Positions 25,664 to 38,736 are shown, numbered from the whole stretch's first letter. The stretch is DNA of 63,998 bases, filler included, from Stramenopiles sp. TOSAG23-2 (GCA_900128395.1; 3 parts of 3 records of this genome joined end to end with filler, not necessarily neighbours in it); one strand, 5' to 3'. Notes: a model not told the origin generated them from the letters alone. A program made the numbers and translations.

Positions 25664-28564
25664 TTAGTAATATTCACCTAAATGCTCAACCCTTAAGTTA
25701 TTTTTTAATTCATTTATAACCACACTATCAACTACACCGTCAAATGGTATAAATGTTATATTTTCCACTGTATTTGCTTTTAATGCAAACCAATTTGGCG
25801 AGAAATAGCCATTTGCATTGCTCGTAAACGCAACCCATAATGCCGCCTTCCCCTCTCCTGCTTTAGCTTGGATGGTAACATTATTTCGATTTGTCGTTTC
25901 TAATATAGTGTATGATATTTTATTATTATTATTTAACTGTAATTTTTTCAGTTGTACAACAGATTGTATATTTGATGAAACGGGTATTGTATTTTTAGTA
26001 CTAAAACTAAATAATTTAGTTTCAATCACACAAGTTCCATCAACACAAATGGTTTGCAACATAGATGATATTTCATCGATCCATAGAATATTACCCCATG
26101 CTACTGAAACATTCGCATCATACAATTCTATATCTTCGTTTTGATTTAACTGTATTGTTTTTACTGTTATTCTTCCAGTAAATTCAATTGGCAAGTCATT
26201 GCGAATATAAATACTTCTATTTGCACATATAACAGCAGTCACTGGAGCATAAACTGATTGGTGTAAAAAATGCATTGCAGCTTTCCATCGTCCACCAATG
26301 ACTTGTCCTGTTACGTTGCTTCCATATTCTATAACACCCCATCCTCCAGTTGGCCAAACTTCAGATAGTTGCCATACAATCAAGCCATACGAATTGACTC
26401 CACGCCTCTGTTCAATATCAGATTTTAGGAATAATCCTTGAGCTAACATTGTTAAATATAATTGTTTTTTGAATATAAATTCTCCATATGCATCATCTTC
26501 AGGCGTATAGTTAAAGTACGAAATTAAAAAGTTATCTACAGGGTAATTCCGTTGTTCCCATATAGTTGAATTGGAATGCAGACCCCAGTATTTTGGTGAA
26601 AGTGTGCTGGACATACTTTCAAACGAACTTGCCCCAACTACCCCGAATTCCGAGGCAAATGTACCATCGTATCTAGGGCCAATGTCTTTACATTTGCAGC
26701 TGCACCCAGCAGCATACCATTGGGGGGTGCACTGAAATGTTCCAGGTGCTGGTAACATCTGTGGGGTAAAAGTCTTTAATGTGCTACCACCATTAACAGG
26801 TTTAAAGTAATTGGTAGATCCAAAAATATAAGGCCCATGAGTCTCATTGACCGGTCTTCCACCAAGTAACAAATTTTTGCCGTTTGGATATCCTGTGAGA
26901 GTATTAACACCGGAAAGCCAACCATGGTGTGCAGGCGATGCTGGCCAAATAGCTCTGGTTGGATCCACATTTGCAACTACGGGCATAGCGAATGATGCAA
27001 TTAAACCTGCACCACCACCACACTCGTTACATCCGTTCCACATTACTAAACATGGTTGATTCATTATTTTTCTTACATTGTGTTTAATCTCCGCCGTATT
27101 GAGCATATCGGCAGTGGGCATATGGCTGCCAGTATACATTAAGTCGTGTAAAACCATAATACCAGCCTTTGAAAGTTCATCATAAAAAAAATCTGGCATA
27201 TAAATTCCACCGCCCCAAATTCTTACTGCCGTGAAATGCGAGGCTTTAATAGACGTTACTAGGCTTCGATATGCTTCTAGTGTAACGCGACCTTCTAGTT
27301 CATCCAATGGAATAACGTTAGCACCTAATGCTACTACGGGCATTCCATTTAAACGAATCATCATTGTTTGACCACCATTTCCATCCCCATTTAATGCCTT
27401 CCGTCGAAAATTTTTATCAGTATCGTTCCCAGTTACCAGGACAGCATATCTGAAAGCTATTGGTACAATTGTTGAAATACTTGGGACATTGTCTGTATTG
27501 GAATTAAAATACGATATATTCAAACTAAATAGTTGCTGTTTTCCATAACCATTTGGCCACCAAAGAGACGATGAAGGTAGGTTCATAGCAGTCAGATTAG
27601 CTTCTACAATTTGGGATGATCCAAGGGTCGGATCCACTTTAATAATCTGTTTTCTCTTTCCATTTTGCCAATTACCAATGACAACGAGCTCGCCTGTAGT
27701 TGCTCTTGATATGTTATGAAGATAAATCAAAGTTGAAATATCAAAATTGGCTTTTTTATTTAATAGAGGCTCAGTAGGATATTCATCTTGAAAGACAATT
27801 TTTGGCGTAACATATTCGATCAGTAAACTTTCTTCTTTCACATACGCTAAATAAACTGATTTAACAATTCCCTTTGAAAAAGTATGAGAATTATTTAATG
27901 TAGTATTAATGAATGTCGTTGTGTATGCTGCCCAATCCCATCCACCTGTACATGCCATATATCTATTTTCGATATCAACTTTTGTATCATTAAACTCTAT
28001 CATGATATTTAGTTTCAATGGTGACGTTGCCATAGTATCAAAATGTAAATATTTTTTAATTGCAAATTTATATCGTATGAATTGAGATTGAAAAATGCCA
28101 ACTTGGATCCCGTTTAAATATAATGTTGCACCCATTTTTACAGAATCAAATACAAGAAAAATCTCTTTCGATGATTCCAATAACATGATATCTAGCATGA
28201 TATCTTTTGTATATAACCAACCATTTGCATTCCATAAATCTATAGCCTTCGAGTCTAACCAATTGATATCAGTTAATTGATCAGCGATGATTCCTGCATT
28301 TGTTAAATCCGTAATAACATCACCAGGAACATTGCCAGATATATTTATATTTTTATCATGATGAATTAAATTCCAATCCGATCCATCTAAATACTGAATC
28401 ACATTAGCACCGATTGGCCGGTCACCAGACGTAGAATATTGAGTATAATTTCCCTCTTCATTTTTAATTAGCGCCACACAGTCATCAGTAAAAAGAGCAA
28501 TTAATTCAACAACAACAACAAAAATAAAAATAAAAGAATTCATATTTATGCCCCGAAAAAACAT
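25664..28564 (-). CDS. GH2 beta-mannosidase, secreted or lysosomal
   Basis: Signal peptide; GWDWA, WWPNGYGKQ, GANVIP, RIWGGGIY, WNGCNE and FASEFG motifs. Confidence 0.92.
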   Translation of the reverse strand: MFFRGINMNSFIFIFVVVVELIALFTDDCVALIKNEEGNYTQYSTSGDRPIGANVIQYLDGSDWNLIHHDKNINISGNVPGDVITDLTNAGIIADQLTDINWLDSKAIDLWNANGWLYTKDIMLDIMLLESSKEIFLVFDSVKMGATLYLNGIQVGIFQSQFIRYKFAIKKYLHFDTMATSPLKLNIMIEFNDTKVDIENRYMACTGGWDWAAYTTTFINTTLNNSHTFSKGIVKSVYLAYVKEESLLIEYVTPKIVFQDEYPTEPLLNKKANFDISTLIYLHNISRATTGELVVIGNWQNGKRKQIIKVDPTLGSSQIVEANLTAMNLPSSSLWWPNGYGKQQLFSLNISYFNSNTDNVPSISTIVPIAFRYAVLVTGNDTDKNFRRKALNGDGNGGQTMMIRLNGMPVVALGANVIPLDELEGRVTLEAYRSLVTSIKASHFTAVRIWGGGIYMPDFFYDELSKAGIMVLHDLMYTGSHMPTADMLNTAEIKHNVRKIMNQPCLVMWNGCNECGGGAGLIASFAMPVVANVDPTRAIWPASPAHHGWLSGVNTLTGYPNGKNLLLGGRPVNETHGPYIFGSTNYFKPVNGGSTLKTFTPQMLPAPGTFQCTPQWYAAGCSCKCKDIGPRYDGTFASEFGVVGASSFESMSSTLSPKYWGLHSNSTIWEQRNYPVDNFLISYFNYTPEDDAYGEFIFKKQLYLTMLAQGLFLKSDIEQRRGVNSYGLIVWQLSEVWPTGGWGVIEYGSNVTGQVIGGRWKAAMHFLHQSVYAPVTAVICANRSIYIRNDLPIEFTGRITVKTIQLNQNEDIELYDANVSVAWGNILWIDEISSMLQTICVDGTCVIETKLFSFSTKNTIPVSSNIQSVVQLKKLQLNNNNKISYTILETTNRNNVTIQAKAGEGKAALWVAFTSNANGYFSPNWFALKANTVENITFIPFDGVVDSVVINELKNNLRVEHLGEYY

Positions 28565-29115
28565 GCCAGGATTTGTCGTGTATTTTTCTCTTTAACGTTT
28601 ATAACCTGTTTGTTAAATAACCTGCGATAAAGGTACTGTCTCTTACAATACTCGCGTATGCATTAATTTATCAATCAACAAAGAAACTTTCTGTATACAT
28701 ACAGTATATTATGATATATACCTACTTGCGGGTTTAGCTTGTTTTTTGTTTTTTGCCCTCGGCTTCGGTGGTGAAAAGTACCACCGTAGTGCATTGGTGC
28801 ATTGACGGAGTATAGGTGGCACATTTTTTTTTACATTTTACCTTAACCTGTTTTCCATGTTTCCATTTTGCAGCATTCTATAACATTATTGCATTAATAA
28901 CATTCCATCAGGCATTCCACTCCATACACATCACATTCCATTCCCTGTCCTATTTATTACAATACCTATACGATATTATAGTACTTCTCTATAATACACC
29001 TTAATTTTATTCTGGCAACTTTTGGCTTTTGGACGAGTGCACGAGACGACGGGCTTCGCAAAACCATCAATTTTCATATTCTAATTCATGATGATGAAAT
29101 TGGCCATAATCAATC

Positions 29116-29352
29116 ATCCCCGATATAATTTTTACTGTGCCGGCCAGTCGTAACTTTTCGGTACAAATTTTTTATTATACTTAAACACTATATTAGCTAT
29201 CAAATACACAAATTAATCGGTTTTCAGGTTTTCGAGTGGTTGAGTTTTGGATTAATTTGTGTGTTTGATAGTTAAATATAGTGTTTAAGTATACCAACAA
29301 ATTTGTACCGAAAATTTACGACTGGTCGGCACACTAAAAATTATATCAGGAT
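29116..29352. mobile_element. MITE/foldback family B, copy 2 (compact)
   Basis: ~100-bp imperfect inverted arms atcc(c)cgatataattttta(c/g)tgtgccg(g/a)ccagtcg...tacacaaattaatc around a ~30-bp core. Confidence 0.85.
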
Positions 29353-29826
29353 AGTTGGTGGTGGGTGGTGGCGTGGTGGCGTGCCAGCGTGGTGGCACCT
29401 AAAAAAACCTCCAAATTCGAGGCGTCCTCTCGTAGTCTCGTAGTACATTCAGATTTCAAATTTATCTTTAACATATAAATAGCATCGTATTTCTGTTTGG
29501 CGTATTATACTTGTATACTTGTTACAGTACTTTTTCAACTTTAACTTTTCTTTTAGTATACTTTTATACTTATTAGAACATATATATATATATAGTATGA
29601 TAGGAAGCTTTATTTTTTTCTAAAATATTATCTATCAAAAATTATACGGAAATAAGAAATAACTAAATTTTACGAGTATTTTTTATTTAATAATATTTTT
29701 TAAATATGACTCTAAACTCGAATATTTTTTATAATAAAAACAAAAAAGATGGTATGCATAATGAGATATCGTATGATATGTAATCTTCATAACCATATTT
29801 CTCCAAGACATCATTCCACATTTTCC

Positions 29827-32800
29827 TCAAAATTCATCATCTTCATCTCTTTTAATCCGTGCTGGAGTGATTTTTTTAAACGAATTCAATGCTTTGATTT
29901 TTGTTTTTGCCCTAGATGCCTTCTTGTTACGCGTACCACGCAACCAATGAGGAATGCAACATTTAAATAATTTGGCAACTTGAATTAATACTGCACTTCC
30001 TTTAGAACCATCTGACATTTCTTCATCCATATCCATTACCTTTAAAATAACGTATAAACGCACAGCAAATAGCATATAAATCGCATTGGCTGAAATCAAC
30101 AACACTGTAATCACCAATTGGAATGTGCCTACAACAGCATCTTGAAAAAATAATAAGCCGCACCACATCGTAAAAAATGCAACCATTAGTGCCCCAGCTT
30201 CAGCATCATGCAATGTATGGTGTTTATCAGTGATTGCCATATAAGGCCGTTGATCAACATGCATTATTAAATATATAACAGTCACAATTAGTGCAAATAA
30301 TGCTTGCAGTTCTGTGCCCATATTATTTAAAAATACTGATATGGCAACAACAGCCGCCTTGCGAGTTGCTATGACTGTCTCCCAATAATATGCTGATGAT
30401 GTATAACCAGAGTACAATATACCAAATCGAAATTTAACTCTTGATGACTTTAAATGGTGCTTATTGCAACGCAGCATACACGTTGAAAGCATTGGAAGGC
30501 CTAATATATATATAAATAATGATGGGAAAAAAAGTGCATATAGCCATCCCATGTGTTCTTTTTCATAACATGGTAAATCTAAATCCATTTGCAGATATAA
30601 TTTTTTTCCTACCGGTTTGCACGCAACTAATGAAAAGGTCGATTTGCAAAGTGTTGGATACAGTAAATATAACAAGATGACAGTAGTTGTTGTAAATTTA
30701 TCACATGCATTGAATTTTTCACGCTTACGCTTGTAAATGCATCTCAGACAACAATTTTTTATCGCGACTACGGTCCAAAAAAGGGCAGATAGGGCCATGC
30801 AAATGAAAGGGAGTGATAGCAACCCAGCTTGCTTCTGGAAAAACAAGCTATTACCTTGCTCTACAGCCTCTTCTGTACATGCTGGATTATACATATAGTC
30901 ACCAGCACTGCCCATGACTCCTTGCACTTCAAACATTGCTTCCACTGCATCTGGCCATTTCATTGGAAAACCTGACGCTAGTGAAATAAGCTGCAAATGG
31001 TCTGTGAAGCGTAGCGTATGAATGAGCGATGTGTTAGAGGGTATATTTTTTTTTAGTTTAGGGAAAATAGAATTTACTTACTCAAAATTATCTTCTGCAT
31101 GGGCTGTGCAAAATGATGATGTGGGCTTGTTGCGTTTTTGCCTTGTTCATCCAATGCTGTTTTGATAAACGTGTAAAGCATAAAGCAAACAAAAAGTACG
31201 CCTAGAGCAGTTACTATGTAGTTTAATAGTGGAGGAGGACACAATTTACAATTCGATACACCTTGAGCCCAATAACCAAAACGACACGCACGGCATAAAC
31301 GCGGACGGCATTTCATTACTTTACCATTCACTATTAACTGGCTGCTATTGTCTTTGCTACCTTTACATTCGTCTGCATAACCCAAATATTTATTGCATCC
31401 TTCATCATCATTTGCTAAGGACATATCAGGATTTGCATGGCCAGCCTCTTCATGAAAATATCGGCCTTCCAATTGAAGATTGATTCCACCTAAACATGCC
31501 ATTGGATTTAAGCATACATCAAAGAAATCTGGGTCCGAATCAACTGGACCAAGGCGAAAATATCCAAACTTTGGCTTTATATCAGTCCATATCGTGTGAC
31601 CATTGCAATCGCCACCCTTCGGACAAGTTTGACACTGCCATTCCCGTGGATTTTCAGATGCTTCATCTAGGTACTGTGTCGGCCCACAATCAGTTGCTAA
31701 AGACCAAAATGGATAAGGCTGATGCGTGAAGTGTAATATATGAAAGATTGTTGTGTTAGAGAGAGAATATTTACCTATATGGTTTAGGTGAATAGCAAGT
31801 TATTAAGGGAAATAGTAATTTACGTACATCGCTCGGCACCCCGCGTCCGGCACTTGTTTCCACGCCAACTTTATATGAACTTGTATCTAAATAAACTGGT
31901 GTGCTTGTATCACTAGTAGAGCAATACGTGCAATGCGTACCATACTCACATTCTACCATTACTTCGTTTATATCTTCCGGCTTTGAGAACGATCCTCCTT
32001 TTTTTATGTATTGAACAAAATATGTTGTTGTCACTTCGTTATTTGCATATACAGTAGTATCAGGGTCGAAAGATAAGCATAACGTTATTCTAGGTTCATT
32101 TAAAGGAACTGTAACAGTTAATTGTTCAGGAGGCAAGCGATCAATAATATTTAACATTGCACTTTTGCACATCGTGGAACCTTCAACATCAGTTGTCATG
32201 CCCTCAGGGCAGACGTCACAGCTTTCTCTTCCTTCACACATCGTAAATTTTCCTATTTCGCACAATTGGCACGCCCCTGATGCGTCCCCGTACACATTAT
32301 ATTTACCAGCCAAACATGTACTGCAAGTATGATCTGAGGTTGTACTTCCAAACGTCGATATATATTCCCCACTACGGCAAACTGTAAAATCATTACAATA
32401 CTTAGCATTCATTTGGTTCGAAAAGCGACCGTAATTACAGTCATGACAAGTTCTATCACTTTGACTACTAGGTTCAGCCCCTACATACCAACCGGGATCA
32501 CAAGAAGTGTGTTCAAAACAATTAATACCAAATATTTTTCGCGCGTTCCAATCCATCGAGTTGTGCTGATTTCGATCATAATTTGTACTACAATAGGTAT
32601 CCGTACTTACATGCGTTGGGCACGCTGTATCAGAACACCAGTCCTGTGTAACGCCACAGAAAAAAGTGTAAAATTTATTATTTTTTGTATAACATGTACC
32701 AACTGGGCCACTAAAATGATCTCGTACTTCAGGATGGAGACCATTATAAAGCAGCTCTAGGGTACCATCACCAAAGTAGTTGTTATACTTATTCTGCATA

Positions 32801-35800
32801 TTTATCATTGTAAAATGTCGTAATTTATTCCCATTTTCTGCCAAAATCATGTAATATACTTGGTGGCCTTGGCTGTTAGGCTTTGAAATATCATTGGCGG
32901 TATTATTTTCAATGGTGATGCCAATAAAGTTTGCTCGCGTATAATTAATCGGTTGATCGCTGTCATCATGGTCATGAAAATAATTGCTTGTATCAATAAC
33001 AATACCTCCACCTGTTGATTTTGCAATGTTTCTTGTGATAAACGAATCGTACACGAGAAAATTGGTTTTTCGGGCAAAGGTGGTATAAATGCCACCGCCA
33101 CTTACGTTTGCAACATTTTCAGACACATTGGTGTTGTTCATAATAAAAGTTGCATCATGATTACCCGTCAAACCTTGCATAGATTCTTTTCTACATCCAC
33201 TATTGTATTTGCATTCTTCGATAGTATAACTGTGACAAGAACTAGATTCCACTGTTCTAAGATAGTGAACACACTGAACATGCGATTGGTGGTATTTTAT
33301 GCCACCACCTGATGCTTCAGCGATATTATTTTGTATATTGCTATTACTAATGGAAAGTCGAGTCCCAGACGATGCATATATACCACCTCCACTACCATAG
33401 CTTAAACATGTTTCTTGCTTAGCGTCGGCGTTTAAATACTTTGCATTATTCAAATAAAATTCGAAACAAGGACTATGGTAACAGTTGTAGAAATAATCGC
33501 CTGATATTCTAACATACTCATTTAGAGAATATCCAGTACCACCGTTTTCAATAATTATATTTTCTACTTTCACATCATCAGAGTTAAAATTGTCTCGGTT
33601 TAAAAGTAAAATTAGATCTTCCGTTAGCCCAACGTTTTCCTTTCTTATAATTAATTTATCAAAGGTAGTATAATTAGACCCAGGATCACTTGCAACTATA
33701 TCTCCTATGCTATTATTATACCCGTTATACATTCCATGATGAATTGAGATGTTGAACCGAGCCCCGCTCCCTAATGTACTAGTCGTTATAGTTGGTACAT
33801 TATAATACCATGTCAGCGCATATTCTGAATTACAATTACCACATCCCGAGGATAACCAATAATCTGAGTAATGGGACGAAACAATACTATTATGATGATT
33901 ATACCCATAACTTCCATACATGTTATATTGCACATTATGACGCAATGGACCTCTGACTTCAATAGTAAACCTAGCCCCTTTGCCTGACATTGAGCTGTAA
34001 CTTGGTACATTCTTATAAATGCCTACTCCAATATGAAAATAACTTCCAAAATTGGTGTGGTCATGTTTTGTAAGATTCACTATTTCATTTCCGCTTTTTG
34101 ACACAATCTCACACTTCAGTTTTGTTGCAATGTTAGACATAATAAGCGAGTGTTGGATGCTTATGTCTGCATTGTATGCTCCATAAATGGCACCACGCCC
34201 GCCAATATTGTTTTGGATTATGGTATGGATCATGGTTAGCTTACTATTTGCATCTAAATATATCGCCGAGCCATAACAAGAATAACAAGAACGATTCTCA
34301 CGGTATTCCATTTCAGTATATTCATACCCTGTAAGTTGAGAATAGCTTTCTCCTTTACAGACATCAGAACTTTGACAGTGTTTTGACTGGTTAACGCCAC
34401 TTAAATTTAAATATTTTATTGTTAAATGTGCACCATTCAAAATTCGAAAGATTTGCGCTCCACCATTAGAAGCTACTATACTCCTTTTCGTTTCGGTAAG
34501 ATTTTTACCAGTGCATAATTTACATCCACAATATTTTTGTTCATCAAATGACGATGAATTGCTATCGCCACTAATGAAATACTCTGAGCCACTTGATCCA
34601 GACCAACTATTAGATGCACTGTAATAGTCATCGGATGGACCACTTGATCCAGAAGTACCGGAACTGTAATAGTCATCGGATGGACCGCTTGATCCACTAT
34701 TGTCAAAAGGTCCAGAACTATCGTCATAACTACCAGAACTACCGCTATCGTCATAACTACCAGAACTACCGCTATCGTCATAAGGCCCAGAACTACCACT
34801 ATCGTCAGAAGGCCCAGAATCAGCATCATTGCTACCACAACAGATACAACCAATAATATGTAAGTGGGCGTTCATCGTTTGAACAACTTGTGTATAATTA
34901 TTTGTATATATATCATCTTTTATCCCATGTATACTTTCAATGTCGGCATTATGGAAATCTGGTTCGGTTGGCAACCATCCTGTAAGTACATTTACTCTTA
35001 TTCTATATTCCCCGGCAACATAATGATTCAAAAACAAGTCTGTTCTACCATTCTCAAATGCGATGGTATATTCCTCGTCACTGTTCATAGGAAAATTTTC
35101 AGCACCAACATTCAGCGAGAAGAAAGTAGTATCTTCAAAATTATCGTTATTTTGTGGTCCGACCCAACCAGAAACTATATCCACACCATCTTTATCTGTC
35201 AACGTTATGTTAGAGGAACAAGAGGAACACTGAGCACCATCGTTCCATCCATCATTCAGAGAATCTTTCCCTTTTAAAGTGTAGTCTCCATCTGCTAAAC
35301 AAATTTCAGTCGGTCCATCATCTTGCGTTCCCGACTTGACCGTAACGTTGTTGTTGTTAAGAATTTCCCATGAGTTCTCATGAGTGCTAGGTCCATTATA
35401 AAATGATATATTTACTTTGCTTTCTCCCACATTGCAAGTAGTAGGACGGGGCTGTTGTTTTTGATAGCTCATACCGGGTGCACAAATATTTAAATCACAA
35501 TTGAAACTACGGCAATCATTATTGGTCGCACACGTAGAACCATCATTTAATAGTGCATTGCTAGATGATGCATTACCAAATGTGCAATTAATCCTTAAAT
35601 TTGCTGTCCTTTCATTTTCCCTTGCAGATACAGTAATAATATAATCACTTATTGTTTCATCAAATATCGTTCCTAATGCTGTTTTATTATTAGGAAGATG
35701 TAAGCCAATAGTATTATTTTGATCATCTTTAAATTCACAAGAATGAATTTGTGAATTTGGCTTCAGATCATGATTAGGCATCATGGCAAAAGCAGCAGGA

Positions 35801-36858
35801 TTGAAATCCGTTACAAGCTGTGGAAAAATTTTATCGCGACTAGTCTTCATTCGATAATATATCTTTCTCGTCGATGATAAAGATTGAGCATTTTCAAAAC
35901 GATCTGAGTAAATTTTAAATCGAAACTCTTCATTGCCTTCAATTTTGCATTCCTCTCCTCCATATTTATTAAGATCATTATGTAAAGTTATTTTATAATT
36001 AAAAATATCTACATAGCCATACCCTGTTGTTTTCGAATGTTGTACAGATAGTGAACAACTTTCTATCCCACCACTAACTGGAGACGCGTAAAGATCTTCA
36101 TTATTATCATTTATTCCCCAAGGCAAATATCCACTGTAATCACTCCAATCAACTGAAAATACACTAACCGTTATAAAATCACCATCTTTCAACATTCCTG
36201 AAGATGAAGGTTTTCCAGAAATATCGATCCAATTTGGCTTACCGTATATAATTCTATTATTAATTTTCATTGAGATAATACTCATGGAAGTACCAAAATC
36301 TTGTTTCTTTACGGAACTTTTATTTAAAACGCTATCATAGCTATACCGATCTTTTGACGCACAAATTTGAACTTGGAATGCGTTGTATTCTATTGAAATT
36401 TGATGACTATGTTGATTATAGTCATGGTTGTGATTTAGGTCGTTAGACATCCATGTTTTTATCTTTCCAGTTATACTGTTGTCAGGATAATTTCCATTTG
36501 CATCCTGTATATCACACCACCCATTATCATTACAGAATACGTTGAATAACATATGTACTTCATCAGTTGAAATTGCATAGCAATAATAGTACGAATAGTC
36601 TGTATTAAAGTTTATTAAAGATGTATTTAGGTAAATATTTGTTGCAGAATTTGGTATCTCATAGCCACTTGAGCCTGGGGGGTAATTCCATTCACTGTGA
36701 GGGAAAGTTACACGTGGACCAGATGGTTGAAAAAGTGGTACGATGTTTTCCAAACCTTTAAATGGTGCAACAGTTCGCGATTGCGACGTTGACAGTTGAA
36801 ATTTTACAGCAAAAGAAATTAGGAATAGTTTACTGATGAATACATACTTTTTATTCAT
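29827..36858 (-). CDS. Giant cell-surface protein (~2280 aa): signal peptide, S/G/D repeats, Pmp/pectin-lyase-like GGGI repeats, Cys-rich repeats, C-terminal multi-TM domain; exons 36858-31828, 31718-31082, 31001-29827
   Basis: Two GT-AG introns (31827-31719, GTACGT..CAG, 109 nt; 31081-31002, GTAAGT..CAG, 80 nt), each with a CTCTAACAC branch point, join three ORFs in frame (PSD|PYPFW; KIILN|HLQLIS). Confidence 0.85.
34590..34830 (-). repeat. Coding minisatellite encoding DDSGSSG(P/S)Y repeats
   Basis: Imperfect ~27-bp units such as ccagaactaccgctatcgtcataacta. Confidence 0.8.
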
Positions 36859-37063
36859 TGTTGTTTATTATTTCCATATAGATATATTCACAAAATAATT
36901 GCATACAATATGCAGCAAAGCTTGATGCTAAAGATTATTTCAATGTTGTGAGAAATGTTTGAGTTACTATCTTTTTTTATCAATATAATAATTATATTTT
37001 ATTGTTTCAGAATTATTACGTCATAATAAACTATGCTTTCTATTTAACTATATAGTATATATA

Positions 37064-37308
37064 AATATCGCGCTTCTGCCTAATTATGCCTAAAATTTCC
37101 TAACTTTTCCTAACGCAAATATATTCTAAGTTAGTGTTTTATTTTAGGATTACTGTGAAATCTAACGATATTTTTGATAGAATTAAGGAACAAGTCTAAT
37201 TACAATCAAAATAACAATTCTATTTGCCTAACGCAATACAATGAAGAAAATAATCTAGTTACCATTATAGGACTTACCGACGGCATAATTAGGCAGAAGC
37301 GCGATATT
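37064..37308. mobile_element. MITE family C with perfect 27-bp inverted ends, possibly including a TA target-site duplication (Tc1/mariner-like)
   Basis: aatatcgcgcttctgcctaattatgcc (37064-37090) is the exact reverse complement of 37282-37308. Confidence 0.8.
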
Positions 37309-37790
37309 AATATTCCGCCATGTGGTCTTATATAGGGACTGGTCGTAGTGTTCCAAGCGTTTTCTTGAGCTTTTACTTGAGCTTTTTCTTGAGCTATACT
37401 TGAGCTATATTTTCATACTCTACTTGATAGGATTTCATCAAGTGAAAAAAAATAATTTCACTTGCTCTTGATTATACTCTTGAGCGAATTCACTAGAAAA
37501 TTGAAGATTTCATAAAATAGTATAAAAATGATAGGTGATTTTTTAATGAAAAAAATAAAAAAAAGCAAACCGATTTTTTTTTTGATAAAATCTCTCCATT
37601 TTGTTTTTTTGGAAAGTATAAAAGGTACTAAAAATTGTAGTCTAATAAAAATATTGTATTCAAATATTCCGGATAGGAAATTTGGGTCATGTTAGGGGGT
37701 CATACAGTAGCTTATAAGTATTCTAATTCAATTACTTATTGAAATTTCTTAAAATTGATTGTAATTTATTATTTTTAATAGGAGTTATTT

Positions 37791-38309
37791 ATGATGTCTT
37801 CCCCTAGTTCTAAGAATACGAGCGAAATGCCTATGAATTATACTTCATTTGCGTATAAAAAAATTGCGAAAGCAAACTACAAAACTGAAGAAGGGATACC
37901 TTCTGCTGTAGAACGAGCAAATTTTATACAAGTTACTGCGCCATGCCCTGTTCAAATACTAGCGTATGATAAAAATGTAGAAAAGGATTACAAATTCAAA
38001 TGTCCTATGGATATTATGGTCGTTACTGACCAAGAAACAATTGTAATTCCTGTAAAACGAACTGATTATGTATTTTCAGTTAAGCATATTAAACAGTTGG
38101 ATAGTGAAGAAGGTTCATTATCAGCAATTCTTCACTATTTAATGAAGATTAAAAAAATGAGTAAATTATTTGAAGCAGATTTTATGAAAGTCAAGACTAA
38201 TTGTTGTTGGGTTTGGGATAACGATACTAAAACAGCATTAAGGTTATGGCGTAGTTATAAAAACGGGAATAGAATTTGGTTTGAAATATCTGTAGCAACA
38301 TATAATTAA
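37791..38309 (+). CDS. Hypothetical protein, 172 aa, with a weak degenerate PD-(D/E)xK-like pattern
   Basis: Clean ATG-TAA ORF; MDIMVVTDQETIVIPVKR...HIKQL. Confidence 0.6.
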   Translation: MMSSPSSKNTSEMPMNYTSFAYKKIAKANYKTEEGIPSAVERANFIQVTAPCPVQILAYDKNVEKDYKFKCPMDIMVVTDQETIVIPVKRTDYVFSVKHIKQLDSEEGSLSAILHYLMKIKKMSKLFEADFMKVKTNCCWVWDNDTKTALRLWRSYKNGNRIWFEISVATYN

Positions 38310-38360
38310 ACTTCCACGACACTTCCACGACACTTCCACGACACTTCCACGACACTTCCA
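38310..38360. repeat. 11-bp tandem repeat (ACTTCCACGAC) x4.6
   Basis: Starts immediately after the stop codon at 38309. Confidence 0.92.
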
Positions 38361-38736
38361 TTACAAAATTTTTTATCGCGCACTTGGTATATGGTCACAC
38401 TTCAACCCGATAGCTGTTGAATGTCCATGAACGAATGGATGGGGGGGGGGCACGAAATGCCCAAAGGGGCGCCCGAAATACTAAAGTTTTGAAACATGAA
38501 AATAATTTTCAACTTCAACAAAACTAACATAATTAAGAAAGTGCCCCCCCTGTTTCTTAAGGTAAGGTTTTTACAAGTAGTCGTCAATAAACCAAAGCAT
38601 TATGCTCTCAACGAAAGGGGGGGCATCAAAATGCCCCCTCAAACCACCCCAGGTGCCCCCCCTGCCCCCCCTTGCCCCCCTGGGTGAAATACATGACAAA
38701 TATATGGGCAAATCAACTGTCTATCCTAGAACAATG

